From IMG/VR virus record IMGVR_UViG_3300022935_000010, positions 32,001-96,000 of that record: DNA of 64,000 bases. One strand, written 5' to 3'. The stretch's first letter is position 1, and each line of letters opens with the position of its first letter. Made by a program: the position numbers and the translations under genes. Below are positions 36,738 to 45,973 of this stretch, one piece after another. This stretch comes from a virus. The notes under the pieces are model-generated. The model saw only the letters and a list, made by a program, of their open reading frames with translations, was not told the origin of the DNA and did not search any database.

Positions 36738-37322
36738 ATGCTTGAAATAGACATATTAGCAAGAAACAAAAACATATTTAATCCCGATAGCAAGGAACAG
36801 CAGAGAAACTATGGTATCTGGGACCTGGCAAGATCTAGCATATCATATAAAAATGTGGATGTAAGATTTAAAAAGTATTTTGTTGTAAAAGAAGACGAGC
36901 AAATGAGACCAGACCTAATGGCATATAAAATGTATGGTTCTATGTCTTATACTGGTAGTCTTTTAAAAGTAAATGGCGTGTGTAATCCCTTTGCCATAAG
37001 TGTTGGTGAAGTTTTTGCAGCTCCAACTACCAAGTCTATTGACAGCATGTTATCAACAAAAGCTTCACTACTACGGAAAGACGAAGCAAATAATAATCCA
37101 AATTCTGAGTTTAGAAAGTCACAGGAGCAAAGGAAATTTAAGGTAAGTGATTCTAGAAAAGATTTCTTAGACCGAAGGTCAAAGGCAAAAAATCCTACCC
37201 CACAGATTTTGCCACCTAACATATTACAAGACGGAGAAAGGCAGACAGTTAGGACTAATTCGGTTATTGGATTGGCACCGGATGTAAGTAACGCGGCTCC
37301 TAATCCAAACGCTAATATTTAA
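36738..37322 (+). CDS. Baseplate wedge protein, T4 gp53-like (LysM-like)
   Basis: RPDLMAYKMYGS......LLKVNG..NPF motif. Confidence 0.7.
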   Translation: MLEIDILARNKNIFNPDSKEQQRNYGIWDLARSSISYKNVDVRFKKYFVVKEDEQMRPDLMAYKMYGSMSYTGSLLKVNGVCNPFAISVGEVFAAPTTKSIDSMLSTKASLLRKDEANNNPNSEFRKSQEQRKFKVSDSRKDFLDRRSKAKNPTPQILPPNILQDGERQTVRTNSVIGLAPDVSNAAPNPNANI

Positions 37323-37327
37323 AACAT

Positions 37328-38821
37328 ATGGCATCTGACCAGATTATTATAAATAACTTTTCCAAAACTAGTATTAGGTTAGATGAATTGGTTGTTCCTA
37401 ATAGAACTGGCGAACAAACACCCAATTCCTCGTTAGCAAGTGATGCTGATGATAAATCATGGGGTGCTTATAGGCCCGTGGTTTTTATAAATGGGTATTA
37501 TGTTGATCAGCAAATGGATTATTTTGAGTTTTTACAAATTGATTTTCTACCCACTGTAAGGCTAAGTTTTACGATGAACGATCCAATGTTTGTTAGTGTA
37601 AATTATCCTAAGGATGGTGATATAATATCGATGTACATTAGGTCTAAAGAGGAAATTTACAAACCTATTAGGATGGACTTTAATATCTTGAATGTTCGCT
37701 CCTCACAATCACAGGACCCTGAGGGTAATAAAATAAGATATACGATTCTTGGGGAAACTAGAATCCCTGGTTTATACTCGGAGGTTTCTAAAGCTTTCCG
37801 TACTATGACATCATATGATGCTCTTTTTGAGGTTTCACAAGATCTAAATTTAGGTTTTTCTTCGAACGATAGCGCTCTCGACGATACCATGACATGGATA
37901 TGCCCAAACTTTTCATATTATAACTTTATACATGAAATTTGCGAGAGATCTTATAAGAATGACGAGAGCTTTTACCGTGTTTGGATTGATCCGTATTACA
38001 ATTTAACTTTTGTAAACATGCATAACCAGCTAACTGCTGATGATTATGTACAACAGGTAAAGGTTATTAGAGGTGGTGATACTGCTAATGATACATTCTT
38101 GGCCGAAACTGAACTTGATATGCAAGAAATGCCTTTGGCCTTAACCAACCAAAGGGGATCTGGTGATCTTCCCTTCTTTATTAATAACTTTACATTACTT
38201 TCCAAATCTGGTAACACCTCAAATAAGTACGGCTACATCCAGGAGGTCCAGTTTTATGACGAGGCGATAGTTCCTGAAAAATCCTTTGCTGAGAAGTATG
38301 TCAAATATACTATTGAAACAAGTACCTCCGATTTTGTTGGAGAGAACCAGGTATTGCAAAAAGGTAGACCTAAGGAGGATTTATACAAGGTTGAGGTTAG
38401 AAAAGCATGGTATGGTTCACTCAACAACTCCACTAGTGGAGTGCATGATAACTTCATCCAAGCTCTTATACAGAACGAATTTAATTTGGGGGACCTTGAG
38501 AAATTTACACTTAAGGTTGAACTCAGCGGTTACTATGCTGGAATTTATAGAGGGCAAGCAGTGCCGGTCATCCTTTATGCAAACGAGCAGGGGAAAAGAA
38601 AAGAAAATACTGGTGTATCAAATGACCAAAAACCCGAAAGTGAAACAAATCCAGTACTTGATAGATTCCTATCCGGAATTTATGTGGTGAGCGCTATGGA
38701 AGTTAGGTATGATATCCTCAGAGGTGTGTACCAAGTGCTTCATTTGAATAAGAGGGAATGGACATTGAATAGCGCTGGAGCTTTCCCTAAATCTTTCCCC
38801 ATTAATCTCCTAACTGGATAA
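37328..38821 (+). CDS. Baseplate hub protein (gp27/gpD-like)
   Basis: Position between gp53-like and gp5-like genes; WIDPYYNLTFVN and C-terminal RGQ.V.V...SGIYVV hub-type motifs. Confidence 0.55.
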   Translation: MASDQIIINNFSKTSIRLDELVVPNRTGEQTPNSSLASDADDKSWGAYRPVVFINGYYVDQQMDYFEFLQIDFLPTVRLSFTMNDPMFVSVNYPKDGDIISMYIRSKEEIYKPIRMDFNILNVRSSQSQDPEGNKIRYTILGETRIPGLYSEVSKAFRTMTSYDALFEVSQDLNLGFSSNDSALDDTMTWICPNFSYYNFIHEICERSYKNDESFYRVWIDPYYNLTFVNMHNQLTADDYVQQVKVIRGGDTANDTFLAETELDMQEMPLALTNQRGSGDLPFFINNFTLLSKSGNTSNKYGYIQEVQFYDEAIVPEKSFAEKYVKYTIETSTSDFVGENQVLQKGRPKEDLYKVEVRKAWYGSLNNSTSGVHDNFIQALIQNEFNLGDLEKFTLKVELSGYYAGIYRGQAVPVILYANEQGKRKENTGVSNDQKPESETNPVLDRFLSGIYVVSAMEVRYDILRGVYQVLHLNKREWTLNSAGAFPKSFPINLLTG

Positions 38822-38845
38822 ATATAGTAAAATAATAGAACCCCT

Positions 38846-41101
38846 ATGGGAATCAGAGCAACAGATAAGAATAGAAATTTATTTTTAAAGGGTTTTAAGT
38901 TATCCAATTCAGGAAAGAACGAAGACCCTACCTATTTGGGTTTTAAGATCGTGTTTGATCCTGGTATACTTCCAATCAATCCTGATTATGGATGGGCTCC
39001 AAGTCCATTGTTAAGAGCCCAGAATTATACGCTTGATTCCGGTGCTGGAGCTGCTACTAATTTGCAAAACCCCTTCGGACAACCGCAGTATTTGAGAAGA
39101 CAGAGCGACGTAACTTATTACTCTGCTTATAATTACCTTCTAGAAAGGGAAGCAAATTTCCCTGGAGGCGACACACAAAGAAGAGCACAAGCATTAAGGC
39201 AATTTCAAAAACTTTTGCAGGAAATAAATACAAATTCTCCTTGGTTTTTCCAATCCATAGAAGGACTTAATACACTTGATAAAATATCTAAAAGCGGATT
39301 TCAAGACCAAGAAGATGTAGACACATTCGATCCACAAAGAACTAGAGACAAGGCTTTGGTAATAAATTGTCTGGAATCTTTAAACCTTAGAATAAGTGCC
39401 CTAGCAGATCTTTATAACCAAGCAACTTTTGATGCTGATAATATGAGGTATTTGGTTCCTAGAAATCTAAGAAAATTCACCATGTGGATTTTTGTTACTG
39501 AGATTAGAAATTTTTTCAAGACAAGTAGGTTAACAGCATCTAGTACAGCTTTATCTGCTATTGACAACTTAAGCTCTTTGCTTTCTACAAATAACAATCC
39601 AGGGTCATCTATTGTTTCACAAGAAAGTGGTCAATATAGTGTAGATGGATTTAATCTTGGTTCTGAAACATCTCAAGGTGGTGGAGGTGGAGGTGCTTTT
39701 TCATCTTTTGTAAATAATGTTTTTAGCGGATCCGGTCTTCAAAACGACGTACAGGCTTTAACGAATCAGCAAGATCAAACCGGTATAAAGCCAGTTTTAA
39801 TTTATGAGTGTAGCCAATGTGAGTTTGATTTTAGTGACAGTACTCCTCTAAAAAGCACTATAGATATGGGATCAAGTAATGCCGATCCAGAGGATCAGTC
39901 TTTTAGGATACATGTAGGAAAGGTTAGAACGAAAAACCAATACCCAAATATTAGGGCTGACAAAAAGCCTTTGGTTCTTGCGGATGGTTGGGATCAAAAC
40001 AGATCGAGTTACCAATTCCTTGGGGACGATACACTTTCTTTAGAGAGTTTTCTTGGACTTGGTCAGCAAGCTTTAACTAATGTGGTTTCGAATGCAGTAT
40101 CTGATTTGGTAAACGAGGGCATTAATCAATTTATAGATCCTGCTTTAAGTGGAATCGACCAGTCTTTATTAGGAAACATATATTCGTTTAACCCATCACA
40201 ACTTGGTAGATTGACTAGTCAAAACGGATCTTTCGGTTTTAACAATTTGGAGAATTTTTTAAACGGGGCAGCTGAAACCGGAATTGATAATATATTCAAA
40301 GGAAACTTGCCGAACCCACAAACTATGGGTGAAGGTGGTCCGAAGGAAAGAGTGTATCCTCCAGTTCCTCCAACTGACGTATATGAAGGAGTACCTGGCG
40401 AAGATCTAGGAGTTCCTGATAGAGTGTATCCTCAGGTAAATGATGACGTTTACGAAAATGTTCCTGGTGAGGATCTAGGAGTTCCTGATAGAGTGTATCC
40501 TCAGGTAAATGATGACGTTTACGAAAATGTTCCTGGTGAAGATCTCGGAGTTCCTGATAGGGTGTATCCACCTAGTAGTGGTGATGCATATGATGACGTT
40601 CCTGGAACTGATTTAGGTGTTCCTGATAGAGCATATCCACCTAGTAGTGGTGATGCATATGATGAAGTTCCTGGAACTGACCTTGGAGTTCCCGATAGGC
40701 AATATAAATTCGAAAGATCTGGGGATGTTTATGACAATGTCCCTGGCGCTGATCTTGGCGTACCAGATCGAAATTATACTTCTAACCTAAACGATGACGT
40801 TTACACGGATAGGAATTTCACTACCGATTCTCTCGAAACCTCAAAAGTGTATGGTGAAAGTTCACAAGTATCCTCCAGAGGTGAATTAAGATCCCCAGAA
40901 AATAACTTTACACAACCTCCGGGAACAGTTTATTCTTCTTCAAGAAAAAACCCGACCTCTGGCGAAATTGGAAACGTTTATCCAGTTACTAATGGTGATT
41001 TTATAATTGAGAATCCACTTAATTTGGGGAACTCAAAACCTGCTGATAAATATAATGTTAGCCTTGGTGATTATAACCCAGATGATTACGAGGAGCAATA
41101 A
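38846..41101 (+). CDS. Tail-tube-related/baseplate protein with C-terminal 23-aa repeats
   Basis: EDPTYLGF, PWFFQSIEGL, CLESLNLRI..LADLY, RNLRKF.M.I.V.EIR, CEFD; GATAAATA at 38817-38824. Confidence 0.5.
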   Translation: MGIRATDKNRNLFLKGFKLSNSGKNEDPTYLGFKIVFDPGILPINPDYGWAPSPLLRAQNYTLDSGAGAATNLQNPFGQPQYLRRQSDVTYYSAYNYLLEREANFPGGDTQRRAQALRQFQKLLQEINTNSPWFFQSIEGLNTLDKISKSGFQDQEDVDTFDPQRTRDKALVINCLESLNLRISALADLYNQATFDADNMRYLVPRNLRKFTMWIFVTEIRNFFKTSRLTASSTALSAIDNLSSLLSTNNNPGSSIVSQESGQYSVDGFNLGSETSQGGGGGGAFSSFVNNVFSGSGLQNDVQALTNQQDQTGIKPVLIYECSQCEFDFSDSTPLKSTIDMGSSNADPEDQSFRIHVGKVRTKNQYPNIRADKKPLVLADGWDQNRSSYQFLGDDTLSLESFLGLGQQALTNVVSNAVSDLVNEGINQFIDPALSGIDQSLLGNIYSFNPSQLGRLTSQNGSFGFNNLENFLNGAAETGIDNIFKGNLPNPQTMGEGGPKERVYPPVPPTDVYEGVPGEDLGVPDRVYPQVNDDVYENVPGEDLGVPDRVYPQVNDDVYENVPGEDLGVPDRVYPPSSGDAYDDVPGTDLGVPDRAYPPSSGDAYDEVPGTDLGVPDRQYKFERSGDVYDNVPGADLGVPDRNYTSNLNDDVYTDRNFTTDSLETSKVYGESSQVSSRGELRSPENNFTQPPGTVYSSSRKNPTSGEIGNVYPVTNGDFIIENPLNLGNSKPADKYNVSLGDYNPDDYEEQ
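40349..40803 (+). repeat. About 6.5 tandem 69-72-nt coding repeats, consensus RVYPxxxxDVYExVPGxDLGVPD
   Basis: Read directly; copies 2 and 3, and copies 4 and 5, form near-identical pairs. Confidence 0.95.
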
Positions 41102-41113
41102 AATATTGAGTGA

Positions 41114-41788
41114 ATGCCTTATAATCCGCCTAAAATATATCTTGGTGAAATAGTAGATATTGATGACCCACTAAAAGATGGAAGGGCAAAGATAAAGGTA
41201 TTTGGACTTTTCGATGAGCTGGAAACTGAGGATATACCATGGGCAAGCCAAGTGAATGGTATTTCGTTTGGTGGGAGTGGTAACGGAAGGCTTTCTGTTC
41301 CTAGAGTAGGTTCTGTTGTAGCATGTGAATTTGATGGGCAGAACTATTACAGAATGGTTTACTATGGTGAGTGGGAAAGCTCACCAGAGATGCTAGCTGA
41401 GATTAGTGATTCGTATGAAGGGGCACACTCATTTGTTTATGACGTTGGTGCGGAACCAGGTCCTTTAAAAATATTTTATACCAAGAAAAAGGGATTGAAT
41501 CTAGCCCTTGGCGATGCTAAGGTTCAATTGGACACTCAAGACGGAGGTCAACTTAGGGTAGTAATTGAGATGGGAAGTGACCAGATTAGGATGGAAAATA
41601 ATAAGGTCATTATCAATTCTAATAATATAGAATTAGGAGAGGCAGCGATAGAATCCGTTATTAAGGGGAACACGTTCCAAACATATTTTAATAACCATAC
41701 ACATATTGGTAACCTTGGTGGTCCAACCTCACCCCCTGTAATACCTTCGGATCCAACACATTTGTCCAACATATCTAAAACAAAGTAA
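41114..41788 (+). CDS. Baseplate central spike (gp5 OB-fold / P2 gpV-like)
   Basis: G.IVDIDDP...GRAKIKVFG...IPWA, SVPRVGS.V..EF; C-terminal HTH metal-binding tip (NNHTHIGNLG.PT.PP); no lysozyme domain; GATAAATA at 41045-41052. Confidence 0.85.
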   Translation: MPYNPPKIYLGEIVDIDDPLKDGRAKIKVFGLFDELETEDIPWASQVNGISFGGSGNGRLSVPRVGSVVACEFDGQNYYRMVYYGEWESSPEMLAEISDSYEGAHSFVYDVGAEPGPLKIFYTKKKGLNLALGDAKVQLDTQDGGQLRVVIEMGSDQIRMENNKVIINSNNIELGEAAIESVIKGNTFQTYFNNHTHIGNLGGPTSPPVIPSDPTHLSNISKTK

Positions 41789-41791
41789 TAT

Positions 41792-44758
41792 ATGCCTGTT
41801 TTACCGGACAAAATATTAGAGGATTTTGAAATAGATGCATTTTTTGATAGAGTAAACGTTTCAGCGGAAAAGATAATTAGTGACCCTAAGTTTAAGTTAA
41901 CAACTCCGAATTTACCTGGACTTTCTTTACTTCTTAAACTTCAAATAAGGGTATTTGAGAAAAGTTTAGCCTCTTCTTTTGCTCCTATATTTTTAGGCAA
42001 AAAAGCTTTAACCGGTGGATTCAAAGAAATTAAAGATACTTTCGAAGCCCTAAAGAGTCTTTTCCAAAACCCATTGCAGTTTTTACTAGATGAAGGAGTA
42101 AATAGCGTGCTTAATGAATTCCCATTTCCTATAAAATTGGAGATAGGAGGTGGACCTGACATTAATTATAATCCACCAGAGGGCGATGGTAGGGCTTTTA
42201 ATTCTTTTGAGGATTATTCCTATGTGGGTGTTTTTAATTCTAGCGGGTTACCTTCATCTGGGCAATATACAACACAACAATCATCTATACCTAATATTTC
42301 TGAGGTTACAATTAGTAAAATCACAAACAGCGGATTTGATAACACATTCCTAGAAAGGATAGTTTCAGGTGATGAGATTCAAATATCTGATGATAATTTT
42401 TTAGGTACCTTTATAGTAAACTCTTCAATTTTTCTTAGCGAAGACCAAAGTGTAAGATTGAATCTTTCAGTTAAGTCCATTAAAAATCTAAAAAATGGAA
42501 AGGGTGAAAACACTATACCTGGTTTTAACCTATCAAGTTTAAAGCTTAATGGGTGTCAGTTAGCTACTCGGTCTTTTTTGCAAGCTGATGGAACACTAAG
42601 AATGCCTTTAAGTTCATTGGGATTAAACATTCCTTTATTATCCTCAGTTTCTTTTGTACTTGGTGATTTTGAAAATGTTCAGGACTCTTCACCTACAAAG
42701 CAGTATATTAAAAAGCTGTCCGATGAAACTGGTGTGGAATTTCAAGAATTATTGGGTGGTGTTTTGGAGGGTAAATTTCCATCTTTGGATTTTGCAAAGA
42801 TTCAGGAGGAAACCCAAGCTGGTATTGAAAATTCTAATGAGCAAAGTAAGAAGGACTTAATAGTACTTGCTAGGTTATTGGAAATTGCTGTAACCAATCC
42901 TTGCTTTTTAATAGCAATAATTATAAATTATTTAAAATTACTTCTTTTGCCAATTAGGGTTGTCGTTGGGGTTCTAAAGGGTCTTGGCGAATTGATTTCA
43001 GGTCCAATTAAACTCATCAAGACGGTAATTAAAGGAATTACAGACCCAATAGGATTGATTTGCGATCTTGTATCGAAATCATTTTTGGAGGTATTACGAC
43101 CCTATATTCAAAGTCCATTACAAGCTTCTAATATTACATGGGAAGAAGCACTCAACGATCCCGATGATCCAAGTAGGGGTTTACAACCTTTGGTTTCTGA
43201 TATGGTTTGTGGAGATTTTTCTAAGAAGTTAAAAAATTATGTTCCTAATCCAAGTTTCTTTGAAAATTTAAATAACAGTTTAAATATTGAAAGTGAAAAA
43301 GAAAATGGCCCCCAAATTACATTTGATCTAATAACAGAAGGGGATTTTCCAAAGGAAGGACAAGTTTTAGTTAATTCAGATAAAATATCTAAGATAACTA
43401 ACTTCAAGGTTTCTTCTTTTTCAAATACTGTTGAAAATGCATTACCATATCTAGCATATCTTACACCGGGGGACGAGTTTAGTTTTCAGTTTGATGATCA
43501 AAGTGGAAAATATAGAATTAGTACGAAGAATTTCGTTAGAAATGAGGGATCATCTTATTTTGATATAAATGTTGTACTAGTTAAAAGTATATTGGATTTA
43601 GCAAAGGAAAAGTCTATAGGGGATTTATTACTTGCTGGTATTAATATCGATTCTTTAAAAGCTAGTTTAAGTATTACAAATCCTGATAGGGAATTCTTAT
43701 TTATAATAGAAAGGTATCTGCCAATTAAAGTAGTGGTAGCTTGGGAAGCTATAAAAGGAATAATAGCTGTTTTTGGTGGATTAGCCCAACAGGTTCCTTC
43801 CCTAATACCAGCTGTACTTAGAAGTATATTAGGATTGAATGAAGGCAAAAGCAGGGCTGAAATTGAAAGTCAACTGGATGGTGGTTTTAACTCTCCTGAA
43901 ACATTGATTGATTCTACATCGGAAGTTCTTCAACTTTTATTTAATGTCCCAATTGATTCTTTTTTGCAGACTTATTCTACCGAGTCAGATAGAGTTATGA
44001 GCTTGGATAAGCCTGGTTTAATATTGGAGGGCAATAACAAAAGGGGAAGAAGAATAAGATTAGTAAATAGGGGAGTGTTTCCAATTAGGAGAAATGAGAA
44101 TCAAAAAAATGCATTAGATGCTGCTTATGATGTTGTACAAAATGAAAAAAAAGATTTGGAGCCTGGTGTGGAGGACATTTTTTATGACCTATATGATCTT
44201 TTAGATTCCAACGGCTTGGATACTGCTATTTATAGAAACAAGATTTCTCCTCTTCCGGGTGTAGCTACTTACCGCTCTTATAGCTTCGGTCAGCAATTTT
44301 TGAATTTTAGTAAGGATGGAGTTGGTGGTGGATTATTTGAGGGAAAAGAACCATTTTATCCCTTCAGACTTCGAGGAAGGCAGGATTTTTATTGGGGAGC
44401 TTTAAATGTAAAGGAGCTTGGGGATAGCGTTAAGATAAGAGCTTGGATTTTATTAATCATAAATAATGTTCCTTGGTTTAACGATAAAAGAAAAAATTTC
44501 ACTTTTGATAGCTCCCTTTCCGCAAAAAAATTTAACCTGGAAGACACGAATATAGTTGTTTATGGAAATGATTATAACCAGGATGAAGTGAAAAGGAAAA
44601 TAATATTTAGTGGATCTGTTTACGATGCATTAAATAAATACAAGATTACCAAATTATCGTATGATAAAAAGGAGTCCTATTACAAACTTAGGGTTAAAAT
44701 TTTGCGTGAGATAGTTTTCGTTACTGATTTTGCTCTTCCTTCCCTTCTTGAAAGCTAA
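41792..44758 (+). CDS. Large hypothetical protein with internal duplication and a hydrophobic segment
   Basis: 988 aa, starting 3 nt after the spike gene; two similar beta modules; CFLIAIIINYLKLLLLPIRVVVGVL. Confidence 0.6.
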   Translation: MPVLPDKILEDFEIDAFFDRVNVSAEKIISDPKFKLTTPNLPGLSLLLKLQIRVFEKSLASSFAPIFLGKKALTGGFKEIKDTFEALKSLFQNPLQFLLDEGVNSVLNEFPFPIKLEIGGGPDINYNPPEGDGRAFNSFEDYSYVGVFNSSGLPSSGQYTTQQSSIPNISEVTISKITNSGFDNTFLERIVSGDEIQISDDNFLGTFIVNSSIFLSEDQSVRLNLSVKSIKNLKNGKGENTIPGFNLSSLKLNGCQLATRSFLQADGTLRMPLSSLGLNIPLLSSVSFVLGDFENVQDSSPTKQYIKKLSDETGVEFQELLGGVLEGKFPSLDFAKIQEETQAGIENSNEQSKKDLIVLARLLEIAVTNPCFLIAIIINYLKLLLLPIRVVVGVLKGLGELISGPIKLIKTVIKGITDPIGLICDLVSKSFLEVLRPYIQSPLQASNITWEEALNDPDDPSRGLQPLVSDMVCGDFSKKLKNYVPNPSFFENLNNSLNIESEKENGPQITFDLITEGDFPKEGQVLVNSDKISKITNFKVSSFSNTVENALPYLAYLTPGDEFSFQFDDQSGKYRISTKNFVRNEGSSYFDINVVLVKSILDLAKEKSIGDLLLAGINIDSLKASLSITNPDREFLFIIERYLPIKVVVAWEAIKGIIAVFGGLAQQVPSLIPAVLRSILGLNEGKSRAEIESQLDGGFNSPETLIDSTSEVLQLLFNVPIDSFLQTYSTESDRVMSLDKPGLILEGNNKRGRRIRLVNRGVFPIRRNENQKNALDAAYDVVQNEKKDLEPGVEDIFYDLYDLLDSNGLDTAIYRNKISPLPGVATYRSYSFGQQFLNFSKDGVGGGLFEGKEPFYPFRLRGRQDFYWGALNVKELGDSVKIRAWILLIINNVPWFNDKRKNFTFDSSLSAKKFNLEDTNIVVYGNDYNQDEVKRKIIFSGSVYDALNKYKITKLSYDKKESYYKLRVKILREIVFVTDFALPSLLES

Positions 44759-44806
44759 TTTTGTTATTAGATATATAGTTTAGTTAACTTTCTAATACAA
44801 AAATAA

Positions 44807-45973
44807 ATGAACACATCCGAAAACAAAGATAACATCCAGGAAGAGTTTAACTGGAACATCCCTAACAGAAGAACAATCAACAGAGACATAGAAGTTTTTG
44901 ACGATTCCAAAGTTTACTGTAGGGAAGACTATGCACAATCTTTGTACTATCAAATGGCTGAAAGCCTGAAGGGAATAAATTCTTCCAAAGATCTAAGAAC
45001 TGGGAATTCTTACGAAAGCACAATTACCACTCTAACTGAAAAATACGCTATTGCACAGACATACGAGGGGCAGTCAATTTATATTGACCTTGTAAAGGAA
45101 ACAAAGGATGCAGGCAAACTTGGAATCACTGGGGTTGAGTTTGAGATAGGATCAGAAATACAGACGATTGTCAGAAACGTAAACGGCACTTATTATGGGT
45201 CTGTAATCGATTGCTTCATAGAGAATACCAAACAGGAATTCTTTGAACAAATTAAGAAAGAATCTCTTGCATATGAAGCTAGAATTGAATCCATTAATAA
45301 TGGTGGCTATATCGTTGACGTTCAGGGCATTAAATGTTTCCTTCCTGGATCTTTAGCAGCTGCTAACAAGATTACAGATTTTGAATCCTATTTAGGCAAG
45401 GAAATCTATGTGATGATCGACGGGTACGTACAGAAGAAAGACATTTTCGTAGTTTCTTATAAGAAGTATCTTAATAAGATTATGGACGAGAAGATACAAG
45501 AACTCGATCTTACCAAGAAATATAAAGGACACGTTACAGGAACCTCGAGCTTTGGTATCTTTGTTGAATGGGAAGACATTTACACTGGACTTATACACAA
45601 GACAGAATTTGACAACCAGAAGGTCCAAGGATTTACCGCTGGCGATGAGATTGAATTCTACGTGAAGGAAGTAAAAGATGACAACAGACTTACATTGACC
45701 TTTGGCGAACCAGTAGATAAAACACTTAAGATTTACGATCTTAAGAAAGACATCGATGAAGGATCAAATCCAATTTCGAATGCAAGGGTAAAGCACAAAA
45801 GAAAAAATGGTGCTTTAGTTGAACTTCCTGAAATGGGTTTAATGGCTATGATTCCACAAGGAAGACTTAGTAGGGACCATAAAAATCTCAAAAGTGGAGA
45901 TCAAATACTCGTTTCCGTTTATGAGGTAGATCCAGTGATGGGTAAAATATTTGTAGAACCACTTAATGAGTAA
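44807..45973 (+). CDS. rpsA: Ribosomal protein S1 (bS1)-like protein with about 4 S1 domains
   Basis: GGYIVDVQGIKCFLPGSL, G.VTG...FGIFVE....TGLIHKTE, GALVEL...LMAMIP; late promoter GATATATA at 44770-44777. Confidence 0.8.
   Translation: MNTSENKDNIQEEFNWNIPNRRTINRDIEVFDDSKVYCREDYAQSLYYQMAESLKGINSSKDLRTGNSYESTITTLTEKYAIAQTYEGQSIYIDLVKETKDAGKLGITGVEFEIGSEIQTIVRNVNGTYYGSVIDCFIENTKQEFFEQIKKESLAYEARIESINNGGYIVDVQGIKCFLPGSLAAANKITDFESYLGKEIYVMIDGYVQKKDIFVVSYKKYLNKIMDEKIQELDLTKKYKGHVTGTSSFGIFVEWEDIYTGLIHKTEFDNQKVQGFTAGDEIEFYVKEVKDDNRLTLTFGEPVDKTLKIYDLKKDIDEGSNPISNARVKHKRKNGALVELPEMGLMAMIPQGRLSRDHKNLKSGDQILVSVYEVDPVMGKIFVEPLNE

Noticed and set aside
40349-40803. 69-nt repeats as a CRISPR array or DGR template/variable repeat
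   Set aside because: They are tandem, in-frame and coding; differences are not adenine-specific; no cas or reverse transcriptase gene is in the window.
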